A stretch of 64,000 nt of DNA, from the IMG/VR virus record IMGVR_UViG_3300005732_000005, positions 76,375-140,374 of that record; one strand, 5' to 3'. The position numbers and the translations under genes were made by a program. Under the pieces are notes generated by a model. It worked only from the letters and a program-made list of their open reading frames with translations. It did no database searches and was not told where the DNA came from. Shown here one piece after another: positions 11,549-22,230 of this stretch. The DNA is from a virus. How positions within the stretch are numbered: position 1 is the first letter of the stretch; each line of letters begins with the position of its first letter.

Positions 11549-12105
11549 TATCTATTCTCCTCAAAATTAATTCTTACACTTTGCCAATACTTATCACTAA
11601 CAGTTTTCTGACCTTCACACCTGTTTTTGCAATAATAGAACTTTCCAAACTTACCTTCTTGAGGTGTCATACTTTCTCTACAACAATTACATGTAGGAAA
11701 TTCTTTATAAAGGTTATTGCTTGCTTCTTTATTCAACCAAGTAGTGTCATTTAATTTGGTGTAACCTAGGTCAATTAAATCTTCTTCTGATAGTGTTTCT
11801 GGATCAAAACGGTCTCTTTGGACATTTCCTGTTCTAGACTTAAGTGAGTGTGCTAGTTCAAAATCCTTCACTGCATGAGCTAACTCATTTTCAACAGCTT
11901 CCTTTGTAGGGATATAACTTCTATCCCAAGCAGATTCAACACTAGGATCACACTCTTGTCCCAGTTCATTAATGATACCTGCTTCATAAGCTTCGTGGAT
12001 TCCTACTCTCCCTGCAACATAATCATCACAAAAAGCTTCGTGGTCAATACACATATCTAAGGAATCTTGTGCATGTTGTCCAATTACAAAGCCTCCCAAA
12101 CCCAA
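11548..12105 (-). CDS. protein with C-terminal topoisomerase-type C4 zinc ribbon
   Basis: PTCNCCRESMTPQEGKFGKFYYCKNRC. Confidence 0.6.
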   Translation of the reverse strand: MGLGGFVIGQHAQDSLDMCIDHEAFCDDYVAGRVGIHEAYEAGIINELGQECDPSVESAWDRSYIPTKEAVENELAHAVKDFELAHSLKSRTGNVQRDRFDPETLSEEDLIDLGYTKLNDTTWLNKEASNNLYKEFPTCNCCRESMTPQEGKFGKFYYCKNRCEGQKTVSDKYWQSVRINFEENR

Positions 12106-12401
12106 GTTTCAACTTTCCTAAGTCTACATTTTACAAACTCCTCTCCGTTTTCTAAGCAGTGTTTGGCATCTTTATATCTATTGTCTCCTTGGTACTCTTG
12201 CATCCAATATCCTCTCAAATGGTCTGGTGTAGGTTTATCACAATAATCTTCGTAACAAAAATAAGTATTATTTACAGAAATTAAGTACTTGGTTTGTGGT
12301 ACACCCTTCCTCCTGTCAACAAGTATTTCATCTTCCTCTGTGAAATTATCTACGAGTATGTCTAAGTCTTCTTTAGAAAGGTTGTGTGTTGATGTTACCA
12401 T
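12084..12401 (-). CDS. hypothetical protein
   Basis: 105 aa with GAGGAG RBS. Confidence 0.6.
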   Translation of the reverse strand: MVTSTHNLSKEDLDILVDNFTEEDEILVDRRKGVPQTKYLISVNNTYFCYEDYCDKPTPDHLRGYWMQEYQGDNRYKDAKHCLENGEEFVKCRLRKVETWVWEAL

Positions 12402-12469
12402 TATTTATTCTCCTCAAAATTAATTTCAACAAAATGTATCTTATCGTAAAAGGGTTGTTTGTGCAAGTG

Positions 12470-13735
12470 TTAAAACTCTATGTCGTAAAAACAGTTTCTA
12501 TTATCACCAAGCACTTCTTTCCAACCATCCCTCATAGTCTGTATCAGAAGGTCTCTATCATTAACTGAAACTACAAAACTATCGTGCCAAGGAAGTACAC
12601 ATTTACTAAGGTTCGTGAACACGTTTATAACATAAGCTGCAATCTCAGAATCATAGTGTTGCAACATTGCCCACAAATCTTCTTTACCAAACCAGTGAGC
12701 TATATTTTCATTCTTTTCAATAAGCCTATCGAATATTTTTGTTATATCTCCCTTCCCAAGACGGATACCTTTGAATTCAGACTTTTCTGAGAATATCTTG
12801 AACAAAGCTGCTTTTGCTGTTTTAATATCCTTGGAGTTAAGTAGACACATCATAGCATATTTACTTAAAAGTCTGGATGAATTTGTATCATCACCCTCTC
12901 CAAGTATATCTTTTATACAACAGTAAGGTTCCCAACTCATAGGTTTATAAACTTTATCTATTTCCATTAAGATTCTAGGGTGCATCTGTTTAAAATCAAC
13001 TTCTGTTGTTTTCATTCCATTAATGGTTATGTGTTTCCTGAACTCAGATCTGGTAGTTTGTAAACAACTTTGAGTGTACCACCTACCATGCTTATCTAAA
13101 CAGTCAGTGAAAACTCTTTTATATACTGCACAAACAGGATGCATTTTACACCTTATATCGAAAGCTTCAAGAACCTTATTATACTTTACTACAAGCTCTC
13201 TTTTATTCTTTATACCTCTTAATTTACTTAATTCGGTAATAAGGTCTCCCGTCTTAGAATCCCTAAGTTCGATAAATGTTGCAACAGGAAGTGGTCTACC
13301 TACACGCTCCATATCTACCTTATCAAAAACTTCTATAAGTCTATCAGTTATAGTGTAGCAACTTTTTAAACTGGTATTTGTTTCTAGATCAAAGAAACCT
13401 TTATACAGATTTATGTAACCTAGTTTATCAAGTGTTTCAACAACCCTCTTACACTTTACATAAGAGATCTTACTTCCATTAAGTTCATTTGCCTTTGTGT
13501 AATTAGCTTTTCGTAAGGAAAACATGCTACCACTAAGTCCCTTTTTTATAGGGTTAATAGCTGATGTGATAAAAACCCAAACCTCTTTTTTGTGATTACT
13601 AGGTAAGTACTTCATAAAATGATTGTGGACAGGTATAAGCTTCTTATTCTCATTGAAACCTATATAGAAAGGTTCACAACCTATCGTTATTAATGTTCTG
13701 TCTTCTGGAGATAGATCCTTTAGATTTATTGTCAT
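12470..13735 (-). CDS. minimal PolA / T7-RNAP-like polymerase (TV-Pol-like) with probable N-terminal winged HTH
   Basis: HGRWY pre-motif, motif A EVDFKQMHPRIL, motif B SRLLSKYAMMCLLNS, LQHYDSEIA, motif C VLPWHDSFVV; no exonuclease domain. Confidence 0.7.
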   Translation of the reverse strand: MTINLKDLSPEDRTLITIGCEPFYIGFNENKKLIPVHNHFMKYLPSNHKKEVWVFITSAINPIKKGLSGSMFSLRKANYTKANELNGSKISYVKCKRVVETLDKLGYINLYKGFFDLETNTSLKSCYTITDRLIEVFDKVDMERVGRPLPVATFIELRDSKTGDLITELSKLRGIKNKRELVVKYNKVLEAFDIRCKMHPVCAVYKRVFTDCLDKHGRWYTQSCLQTTRSEFRKHITINGMKTTEVDFKQMHPRILMEIDKVYKPMSWEPYCCIKDILGEGDDTNSSRLLSKYAMMCLLNSKDIKTAKAALFKIFSEKSEFKGIRLGKGDITKIFDRLIEKNENIAHWFGKEDLWAMLQHYDSEIAAYVINVFTNLSKCVLPWHDSFVVSVNDRDLLIQTMRDGWKEVLGDNRNCFYDIEF

Positions 13736-13877
13736 TACATTCACCTTCGTTATTTAGGTTAATATTGTTAATCATTATGTAATTTACGCATTTAAGTATA
13801 TAAGTGGCTCTGGACATACTAGCTCTATTAGAATCAATATACTCTAATATAGGTCTAGGAAGTATCAATTTCAACAT
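13674..13877 (-). CDS. ribbon-helix-helix (CopG/Arc-like) DNA-binding protein
   Basis: MLKLILPRPILEYID...MSRATYILKCV: beta strand, helix, SR-helix pattern. Confidence 0.6.
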   Translation of the reverse strand: MLKLILPRPILEYIDSNRASMSRATYILKCVNYIMINNINLNNEGECNDNKSKGSISRRQNINNDRL

Positions 13878-13970
13878 AAGTATTTCTCCAATAAGTATGT
13901 ATATAGTTAGAAAGGGGAGTTCATATGGTTCGCTAAAAACTATAAAACCTATATAAAATAATCACTTAAC

Positions 13971-14201
13971 CTACGTTTTTTGAATTCGGTTTGTTAAATG
14001 TATCTCTATTTCACCTCCCAATACCTTAATAACTTCTACTATTACATCCACACTTACATCAGATCCTGACCTAGTTAAAATAGAGGTTAATTGGGATTTG
14101 TGAAAACCTCCATCTCCCATCGCAACTATTTGGTCGTAGGTGAGCTTGTTTTCATACTTGAGAGTTTTAACTATATCGCAAAGCTTGCTTTTAACATTCA
14201 T
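13971..14201 (-). CDS. XRE-like HTH regulator
   Basis: LTYDQIV..G....SQLTSIL...VSVDVIVEVIKVLGGEIEI. Confidence 0.65.
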   Translation of the reverse strand: MNVKSKLCDIVKTLKYENKLTYDQIVAMGDGGFHKSQLTSILTRSGSDVSVDVIVEVIKVLGGEIEIHLTNRIQKT

Positions 14202-14448
14202 TTGATTTCTCCTGTTCATAATACATTATACCATGAATATTTCTATATACCAAGTTTCCTGAACAACTATAAAAGTAGGTAGGTTTTATCAAGATTATTC
14301 TCCTACAAATTACCCCTATTATACAACTATGGTGCCCTCTAAGACGTAAGTCTATGTTTCATAAGGAAAAGCACCTCTAAAATTACCTATCACTGGAACA
14401 CTAAAAAACCACTCCCATTTGCAACAATTTTCCTTCGAAATAATGACC

Positions 14449-16145
14449 TCATCTCAACTTCACACTACTGGCACAAAACTTATAGCTAGAACAATCATTA
14501 GCCACAATATGCTTGCCAATAAAAGTTTTCATATGTTCAATAAATTCATCATTTGTCATATCATCTAGTGTATCCACATCTCCAAAGGTGCCATCTTCAT
14601 CATCAATTGCAAAATCAATAATTACAACACCTCCAGTAGTTGTCTCTACAATAAACCCTTCGAAATAGGATTGTTCCCACACATCATCATAACCCTCTTC
14701 CACACCTACAATTTCACCTTCAATCTTCATAACAACCTCTCACCATTATACCTACAGTAGTGTGATATTTAATCACTTCCAAACCCATTGAATCTTTGTC
14801 TCAGAATATCCTTTTGGGAAAACTATGTCAATTGTGTAATAAGTATCAAGGTCTTTAATTACATCAATAATTTCGAAACAATACTCATTTTTCAATTGAT
14901 CAATCACTTCATCAAGACCTCTTATAGACCCGTAAGCACTCAAATAGTTTTTAATGGAAAGTTTATCCGAAAAAGGGAAATTATATCCATCACTATCTAG
15001 GTAAAAATATTTCTTATTCATAACAACTCCTTCAAATGACTTAGTGTAAAAGAAAATCCATCAAGATATCTTTCTTCTAACCTTGTAATAAATTCTTTAG
15101 CAGTTTCCTCTTTTGTAGAAGAGTCTGTCAATTCCTCTAACAAATCTTTAATCCAATATTCTTCCCAACAAGAATCATAACCATCATCCTCAAAGTAGCC
15201 AACTGTACCATCAAGATACACTACCAAACTCTTATCACCACCATCCGTTACAACAAAACCTTCTTCTGTAGTTTGTTCCTCTTCATGAAGGACATTATTT
15301 GTAATAAATTTTGGTTTAATATCATACCTACTATCTTCGATATATTCCATCATAAGCTTTAGTTCTTGTTTAGTGATTAAGTTTTTCATATTATTTCTCC
15401 TCTAATTTTCCAACACTACCATAAACTAATTCACTCTCAACTTCAACATCCACTTCACCATAATAATCTTCTGTGTAAGATGTTTTCAATTCAACTTTGA
15501 TCATAACGTTATCACCTTCTCGGACATCAAAATTATCTTTAATCAGCCCATGCATATCCATACATTCCCAATGCAAAACAGATTCCTCATCATAAGAGAG
15601 ATATTCTGTATCAAACTCCACATCTTTGTCAAGGATTTCATAGTTAATATCACCTAGATAATGTAGCTGGTATTTTATTGTGCATGTTGGAGAGATTTCT
15701 TGTAATCTATATTCCGTACGTTCAATGTCTCCAATCTCTTGTATTGCTATATTCCAGTTAAAACTACTCATCACTCACCTCTAATTCAAAATCACACTCA
15801 AGGATAGCACTCTTTACATCAGATAGTGACATTTCCTTACATTCATAATCCCAGTGATACTCAATCGAACTCACGGTTATATTAATCTCACCATCACGGA
15901 TCATCTCTTTGATAACCTCTTTAATTAATTTCTTATCCATATTAACCTCCCAATAAATAACCTATAATGAAAAATATAACCGTCACCAATACCTGTGCAT
16001 CACGTATACTTTCTAAACGATTCTGTATGTCATCTTCTAACTTACTCAAGTGTATCCTTTGTAGGGTAGCATCCTTGCCCAGAACAGCTTGATTGTAAGA
16101 TTCAAGAGTATCTTGGTTGATACGGTATCTACTGGACATCCCCAC
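14449..16145 (-). CDS. run of small, mostly acidic hypothetical genes (14449-14730, 14773-15021, 15018-15389, 15391-15774, 15942-16145)
   Basis: coupled ORFs with RBS. Confidence 0.55.
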
Positions 16146-16434
16146 TCTCTATCATCACCATACACCCTTGGTAAATATCTTTATTCACTTCTTCTACAAC
16201 AAACCATGTGTGAACAAAACCTAGCATCACAGCAATTACATGTAGGAACATTAAAGCACCTCCTGTAATAAACCCTAAAGCAAGAAGCATAAGGATTGCT
16301 AATCCCCAATCGTTCTTACCGCAATAGAAGTAGTGTGCTCCGAAAGCTCCTAAGAAAAATCCAACGATATATGCGATAAGGGCATTCTTCTTGCGACTGT
16401 TGTATAACATTTCTACTTGTAACATCTTATTCAT
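16129..16434 (-). CDS. TM2-domain membrane protein
   Basis: KKNALIAYIVGFFLGAFGAHYFYCGK TM2 signature. Confidence 0.8.
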   Translation of the reverse strand: MNKMLQVEMLYNSRKKNALIAYIVGFFLGAFGAHYFYCGKNDWGLAILMLLALGFITGGALMFLHVIAVMLGFVHTWFVVEEVNKDIYQGCMVMIESGDVQ

Positions 16435-16666
16435 CATTCTTCTCCTCATTGTTAATTTCTACCGACTCCATATCTTCGAAAGGGTTTAACTCCCAAGACA
16501 CCACCTCATTCTCACTGAGTAACGTTTTGAGAGCATTTCTCAAGTGACGAGTATCTTGTTCTACCTTACGGTCATATTCCTCTTTGTGAGCTTTCTCTAC
16601 TTCAAGGATACGTTTATGGTAAGCATCTATTCTTGCTTGAACTAATGGTTCGTATAAGAGTTTCAT
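16427..16666 (-). CDS. hypothetical protein
   Basis: 79 aa, GAGGAG RBS, TTGACT..TATTAT promoter upstream. Confidence 0.6.
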   Translation of the reverse strand: MKLLYEPLVQARIDAYHKRILEVEKAHKEEYDRKVEQDTRHLRNALKTLLSENEVVSWELNPFEDMESVEINNEEKNDE

Positions 16667-16753
16667 TGTTAGTCTCCTCTGTTTCGATAGGTATAATATT
16701 CTCAGAAAAGATCTCTCTAGTCAAGGACTTTTTGAAAAATCTTTTATTAGGTA

Positions 16754-17473
16754 TTAAATAAACTCATCCTCTTTAAGTTTCTTATGTAAATAAAGCTCAC
16801 CTTTTCCAGTGACCATTGTTACATTGAAAACTCGACTGTTCCTAGTAGTCTGTTTCACCACAAAGTAACCTTGATCCACAAATCTTTGGTAAGGGCGGTT
16901 GTTGTCCATAAGGATCTTAAGTTCTCTTAATTTATCGTATAGCTTATTCCTGCCTACACCAAGAGCTTTCGCTACACTATTCATATCCTGCAGATTAACT
17001 ACCTCACTAACATCATTGGCGAAATCAATCTTGTGCTGATTGTCTTTTCTGAAAATCAGTCCTTCTCTGATTATAGTTTTAGCATCTGCAGGTAAGTCTT
17101 TGTAGAATGTCTCCATAATAAGGTCTACATCACTAACAAAACCACCTGTCTTACGTATTGTTGGTAATACTTCTTCCATCACCCAATCTTGGAATTCTTC
17201 TGCATTAGACATCCTACTCCTCATTACCAACCTATACACATCTTTCTCAGGGATGAGTTTAATACCTGTAGGTTTTGCATCCATACCTAATTCTAACGTT
17301 TCGTTATAATTAAGTTTAATCAAGAACTTACAATGGTCTTTTAAGGTTTTACTAGGATTTGTGTACTCTAGTATCTTACAAACCTCGTTACCTACAAAAT
17401 AAGGTTTATCCTCATAAACCACCACTTCCAATTGACCAAAAACTTCATGGTCAAACTTATTCACTTTCGTCAT
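16754..17473 (-). CDS. BRO-N + ANT/KilAC antirepressor
   Basis: FGQLEVV..PYFVGNEVCKILEY...PEKDVYRLVMRS...FQDWVMEEVLPTIRKTG; C-terminal GRNKLY..LR...PYQRFVDQGYF..VTGKG. Confidence 0.9.
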   Translation of the reverse strand: MTKVNKFDHEVFGQLEVVVYEDKPYFVGNEVCKILEYTNPSKTLKDHCKFLIKLNYNETLELGMDAKPTGIKLIPEKDVYRLVMRSRMSNAEEFQDWVMEEVLPTIRKTGGFVSDVDLIMETFYKDLPADAKTIIREGLIFRKDNQHKIDFANDVSEVVNLQDMNSVAKALGVGRNKLYDKLRELKILMDNNRPYQRFVDQGYFVVKQTTRNSRVFNVTMVTGKGELYLHKKLKEDEFI

Positions 17474-17545
17474 AATCTTTCTCCTCTTTTATTAATAAAT
17501 TTATTCCCACATTTAACCTTCCTTTTCAAAACTACTCTTCCATAA

Positions 17546-17881
17546 TCATTCCTCCATCAAATTTTCAATGTCACTAAGTATATCGTCACAATCTTCAAAG
17601 TCAACCATTTCTTCAAATAAATTTTCCTCGGGATTGTTCATTAAGAAAGTGTTTCTCAAGTCTTCAATATCCAGACAAGGGTCTACCTTAGACCAACACC
17701 CCACTTCCAACTCGCCACTTTCTGCCATCTTCCTTAACTCATTAAGACGTTCTCTTATCTTAAGATACTCTTGTTTTGGCATACGATCTATGAAGTCAAG
17801 ATGTAACCTAGCAAAGTAAAGTTTATCCCAATACTCTTTGTTTATAACAGGATCTAGGAATGACGGAACATGACCTTTCAT
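17546..17881 (-). CDS. hypothetical protein
   Basis: 111 aa ORF with GGAG RBS. Confidence 0.55.
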   Translation of the reverse strand: MKGHVPSFLDPVINKEYWDKLYFARLHLDFIDRMPKQEYLKIRERLNELRKMAESGELEVGCWSKVDPCLDIEDLRNTFLMNNPEENLFEEMVDFEDCDDILSDIENLMEE

Positions 17882-18117
17882 ATAATACTCTCCAAAACAT
17901 CTTTCAAAATAAACATATCTATCACTAACAATATCAACCCAACAAGAACTTTAATCTCCAAGGGAATACTTGGGTCAACAAGAACGTTAATTAAAATAAA
18001 AGCCATTACACACATGATCTGCTCCTGATTTATTTAGTAAGAACATTGTAAGAGAAGAAACCTTTTACGTCAACAACTTTTTGAAAATTTTATCTAATTG
18101 ATAATGGTTGTTATTCC

Positions 18118-18126
18118 TGTTATAAT
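18118..18126 (+). promoter_or_regulatory. putative late promoter element TGTTATAAT (extended -10)
   Basis: same 9-mer precedes other islands at 597, 3520(-), 5932, 9578(-), 26644 and 43243. Confidence 0.6.
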
Positions 18127-18151
18127 AACTAATAAACACGGAGACATATTT

Positions 18152-18292
18152 ATGACAAAGAAAGTTGTTAAAGTGACACGTAATTATCCAGATGGTTCCA
18201 AAGAGGAACTTGAGATTGAGGTCACTCCTAAAAAGAAAACAACTCCTCGCAAAAAGAGGACAACTAATGCAAATAAAGATAACGAGAAGTAA
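18152..18292 (+). CDS. small basic protein
   Basis: GGAG RBS; Lys/Arg-rich tail TPKKKTTPRKKR. Confidence 0.55.
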   Translation: MTKKVVKVTRNYPDGSKEELEIEVTPKKKTTPRKKRTTNANKDNEK

Positions 18293-18743
18293 AGATAGAC
18301 GACCATTAAATAGGTTATTATCTAGAATCCAAACTCTCCACAATAAAAGTGTCTCAATAGGTTACTTTAAAGACCAACGTGCTCACAAACAAGCTGATAT
18401 GCCTTATGCAAACCTCCTTTTTATACACGCTTTTGGTTTGGTAGATGGTGCTCCTGTGAGGGATGTGATGTCTAACATTAAACCTTTCTTGGGTGGTGGT
18501 GAGCAACAGAGTAACTTTTTTAAAGACCTTCTTAAGAGATATTTTAAGAAAGGTTCTAGATATACAGCACAAGAGTTTCTGAGTGATATTGGCCAGAGTT
18601 ATAGAGATAAAGGTAAGGCAGTGTTTGGTAACCCTAACTTACTGGAAGTTACTAACAATCCTACACCTTTACTAGACACTAAAGAGCTTAGAGATAACTT
18701 TGCTTACAAAACTTCTATTACAATGAAAACAGTTACGAGGTAG
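18267..18743 (+). CDS. neck / tail completion protein
   Basis: VSIGYF...YANLLFIHAFG...NPTPLLDTKELR motifs; position in the cluster. Confidence 0.7.
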   Translation: MQIKITRSKDRRPLNRLLSRIQTLHNKSVSIGYFKDQRAHKQADMPYANLLFIHAFGLVDGAPVRDVMSNIKPFLGGGEQQSNFFKDLLKRYFKKGSRYTAQEFLSDIGQSYRDKGKAVFGNPNLLEVTNNPTPLLDTKELRDNFAYKTSITMKTVTR

Positions 18744-18745
18744 GT

Positions 18746-19111
18746 ATGTCGATTAGTTTATTTAACAGATCAGAGACCTTGTACAGGACAAACTCTAACA
18801 ATTGGTATTATGGTGAAGATGGTAGACCTGTCTTCACGGAAGATACTGAGACAATAACTTGCTCTATTCAACCATATCGTGATGGTAAAAATACCTTCCG
18901 AGTGCCAGAGGGTTTCCAAAGTATTTACGGTATAAAGGTTTACTCTAAAGAACAGATTATTGCCAACGATGAAGTGCTTGAGACGCTCGGAGACGAGATT
19001 GAATATGAAGGTCAAAGGTTTGTATGTATTGATGTAGCAAACTTCACAGGACACGGCCTGACTATCCCTGAACACTACTTAGCTCTGTTCTACAGAAAGG
19101 ATAAACGATAA
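18746..19111 (+). CDS. head closure (stopper) protein
   Basis: CSIQP..PEG...IKVYS...DEIEYEGQRF. Confidence 0.7.
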   Translation: MSISLFNRSETLYRTNSNNWYYGEDGRPVFTEDTETITCSIQPYRDGKNTFRVPEGFQSIYGIKVYSKEQIIANDEVLETLGDEIEYEGQRFVCIDVANFTGHGLTIPEHYLALFYRKDKR

Positions 19112-19689
19112 TGAGTTTTGAATCCAAGAAATTAGAACTAGCTTTAGGTGATATGGTGTCCGTAGCAATTGGTGACAAACTATCTACTATGAGAAAAATG
19201 GTTGATGGCACAGTGGTTGATGTCCCAAGTGTGATCCTTGCTAGAAATATGTCGCCCATTAGTGGGAAAGTTCCTCCTGCCCCTGATTATCCTTTCTTGA
19301 TGGTAGATAAAGCTCAGACACAAAAAGTGGTTAGTGTACAAGAGAAATACTTTGATGGTGATGATCATATTCACGAAACAGGTATTGTTGTCAGAGTAAA
19401 TGTTAAAATCTTTGGAACAAGTGATCACGATGTAGATGATATTGCTGGATTACTTGACCAATCTTTCACTGTTGATGATTACAGAAACTTAATAGAAACA
19501 AATTACGGTAAAAGATGTCGCATGATGAGGACAAGTGATGTGGTAACAACTGCAGCCTCTCTAAACGATGTCTACCAAGAAGTAGCTACCTTTGATGTAT
19601 ATTTCTCTACAGTAAGAAGTTTCACTGTAAAGGATGCACCTTCTTTCGGAAAAGCCGAAACACCAGATTTAGACTTGAAAAGAGTTTAA
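19111..19689 (+). CDS. tail terminator protein
   Basis: PDYPF motif; lies directly before the sheath gene. Confidence 0.65.
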   Translation: MSFESKKLELALGDMVSVAIGDKLSTMRKMVDGTVVDVPSVILARNMSPISGKVPPAPDYPFLMVDKAQTQKVVSVQEKYFDGDDHIHETGIVVRVNVKIFGTSDHDVDDIAGLLDQSFTVDDYRNLIETNYGKRCRMMRTSDVVTTAASLNDVYQEVATFDVYFSTVRSFTVKDAPSFGKAETPDLDLKRV

Positions 19690-19743
19690 ACTCACAGTGT
19701 ATACGCGATGCACTAAAAATAACTATAATTATAGGAAGATAAG

Positions 19744-21165
19744 ATGACGGTACAATTAGCAACCGCAGATATCTCGTTCGGTAGTTCTACTGTTGCAAGA
19801 CCTTCTGTTCAAAAGCAGATTTTCTTAGCACGACATAACTACTGGTCTGAGAAAACAAAAATTTATACAGACTTGGATAGTATCATTGAGGATGGTGTTC
19901 CGTCAACAAGCTCTATCTATCGTGCAGCACGTTCTCACTTCGCACCAACTCCCCATTTACGAGAGTTTAAAGTGGGTCGTTTAGAAACGACAAGTATTAT
20001 TGCTCCAGTGGATGTTGTTACTGGTAAAATTTATGGTCTTACTCTGGATGCTAAAGATGCTGCGGCAAGTGTTGACTTTGCTTATACAGCTCAAGCGGCA
20101 GACACAGAAGAAGATATCGTAACAGCTCTAAAAGCAGCTATTGACGCACAAGCTGATATTACAGCAAAGATTACGGTGACAGTAGTAGGTACTGGTGCAA
20201 ATGCTACTATCACTCTGGCACACGCAGTAGAAGATGATTGGTTCACTGTTTCAGCACTTCTTAACGTTACAGAAACATTCCCTGCAACACCAGAACGTCC
20301 TGCTGCAGAAGAGTTAGCTTCTATCAACGATAAAGATGACGACTACTATGTAGTGACGAGTGATGTTAAAGATGGTACGTTTGTTACACAATTAGCTGGT
20401 GAACTTGAGTCACGTTTCAATTTCTATTGTGTATCTCTTGCTGAAGCAGATGTTTACTTAGGTACAGCTACTGGTTCATTCAAGACACTTATTGCAGACA
20501 ATGCTTACTTGTCAACATACCCGTTCTATCACCACGAAGCAGAAACTACTTACCCAGAATGTGCTCACATGAGTGAAGTGTTTACTTTAATTGACACAGG
20601 TATTACTTTTGCAAACCGTCCTACTTCAGGGGTTGGTGAGAGTAAAACTGTTGATGGTGAACCGCTTACAGCTACTCAAACAAACAACCTTATGACAAAT
20701 GGTGTTAACTTCTTTGCACGTACTCAGGTTGCAGGTAGCCAATCAGCTCAAGCTCTTAACTCTGCTATCTCAACAGGTAAAGATGGTGGTGGTCGTGTTG
20801 CTTCAGGTGAGTATGCTTTCAACGTGGTTGGTCGTGATGTAATGCAGATTGAGATTGAAGCTTCTCTGACAGATTTACTTACTTCTCAGAAGACAGGTCG
20901 TTTGGCATGGGATTCAGCATCTCTTGCAAAAGCTTACTCTTCTATTAACAAAGTTATGAAGAAGTTTGCTAACACTGATGGTTGGAACTTAATCTATGGT
21001 CAACAAGACTTAGACTTCCCATACCGTATCACTTTACCAGAACTAAATTCGCTATCAGCAGCAGATCGTAAACTTGGTGTATTAAAGAACGTTACGTTCC
21101 GAGCATTCCTTAAAGATGCTATTCACCTTGCACAGATCACTGGTAACCTTGATCGTCCAGCATAA
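19744..21165 (+). CDS. tail sheath protein (DUF3383-like)
   Basis: 473 aa, highly expressed codon usage, C-terminal ADRKLGVLKNVTFRAFLKDAIH. Confidence 0.85.
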   Translation: MTVQLATADISFGSSTVARPSVQKQIFLARHNYWSEKTKIYTDLDSIIEDGVPSTSSIYRAARSHFAPTPHLREFKVGRLETTSIIAPVDVVTGKIYGLTLDAKDAAASVDFAYTAQAADTEEDIVTALKAAIDAQADITAKITVTVVGTGANATITLAHAVEDDWFTVSALLNVTETFPATPERPAAEELASINDKDDDYYVVTSDVKDGTFVTQLAGELESRFNFYCVSLAEADVYLGTATGSFKTLIADNAYLSTYPFYHHEAETTYPECAHMSEVFTLIDTGITFANRPTSGVGESKTVDGEPLTATQTNNLMTNGVNFFARTQVAGSQSAQALNSAISTGKDGGGRVASGEYAFNVVGRDVMQIEIEASLTDLLTSQKTGRLAWDSASLAKAYSSINKVMKKFANTDGWNLIYGQQDLDFPYRITLPELNSLSAADRKLGVLKNVTFRAFLKDAIHLAQITGNLDRPA

Positions 21166-21180
21166 TAGGAAATAATAACA

Positions 21181-21678
21181 ATGGCAAAGATTTATTCACC
21201 AGAAGACGTTAAGCTGACATTTGCTGGTATCGAAGAACTATCTGGTTGGAAGAGTATCTCTATTACACGTAATAATGATAACTTCTCTCCAAACCCTTCT
21301 GCAGACGGTGTTCAGGCTTACACAAAGATTGCTGATAAGTCGGGTATGATGACTATCTCAGTTCCTCACACAGCAACTAAATTCCACACAGCAATGGCTG
21401 CTTACCAAGCACTTATTGACGCAAACCCTTCTAAGGATGTGACAGTAGATGCTTCTTTAATTGACCCTGCGGGTGGTAACTGTACTATCCTTGATGGTAT
21501 CCGTCTTAACAAAATGGCAGATCCTTCATACGAAGCAGAGATGACTGACTCAGAGTATACTTTCTTAATTGACAATGTGTATTATGCACCTGTTCCAGAA
21601 GGTTATGACGAGACAGCAAGTGAAATCAGCAACGCATATACTTTCGCAAGCACTATTGCAGCAAACGCTGGCTTATAA
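21181..21678 (+). CDS. tail tube protein
   Basis: IYSPEDVKLTFAG...ADG...DKSGMMTIS; follows the sheath gene. Confidence 0.8.
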   Translation: MAKIYSPEDVKLTFAGIEELSGWKSISITRNNDNFSPNPSADGVQAYTKIADKSGMMTISVPHTATKFHTAMAAYQALIDANPSKDVTVDASLIDPAGGNCTILDGIRLNKMADPSYEAEMTDSEYTFLIDNVYYAPVPEGYDETASEISNAYTFASTIAANAGL

Positions 21679-21693
21679 TATAAAATAATAATA

Positions 21694-21731
21694 AAAGCAC
21701 TATCCCACTTCATTAGGGGTGGTGCTTTTTT
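21694..21731 (+). terminator. intrinsic terminator
   Basis: AAAAGCACTATCCC...GGGGTGGTGCTTTTTT. Confidence 0.8.
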
Positions 21732-21753
21732 CGTTTAAAGAGAGAGAAGAACT

Positions 21754-22230
21754 ATGGCATTCGTAGCAAAGAAAATCGAATCAAAGCAAAAGAATCACAC
21801 ATTTGAAATTGAGTTTAAAACATTAGATATTTACAAAGCATTTTCGTATCAATCATTTATTGGTGAAATCATTCTTCCTATCACAGGTGGTATGATGGAT
21901 GAGCAAAGTAACGTTTCTGAGGATGATATCTTTGGCAATAAGAGCACAATGTTCAAGGACTTATTCACCCACTTAGCTAAGAGTTTAAGCGATCCTCGTA
22001 TGCAAGAATTGTTTGCAGAGATGATGGAAGGTGCTCAATACAAGTGTCCTATTACAAAACAACAGAAACCTCTTAATCCAGAAGAATTATTTGATGGTGA
22101 CTTTGCATTTATGAACGATGTGTTCATGCAAGCATTGGAGGTGAATTTCAGCCACCTTTTTACAGAAGGCGGTATTCTCAAGTCACTGACAGGAAAGACA
22201 CTGGGTCTACTGTCAACAGAGATCGAGTAA
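21754..22230 (+). CDS. tail assembly chaperone
   Basis: lies between the tube and tape measure genes. Confidence 0.75.
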   Translation: MAFVAKKIESKQKNHTFEIEFKTLDIYKAFSYQSFIGEIILPITGGMMDEQSNVSEDDIFGNKSTMFKDLFTHLAKSLSDPRMQELFAEMMEGAQYKCPITKQQKPLNPEELFDGDFAFMNDVFMQALEVNFSHLFTEGGILKSLTGKTLGLLSTEIE

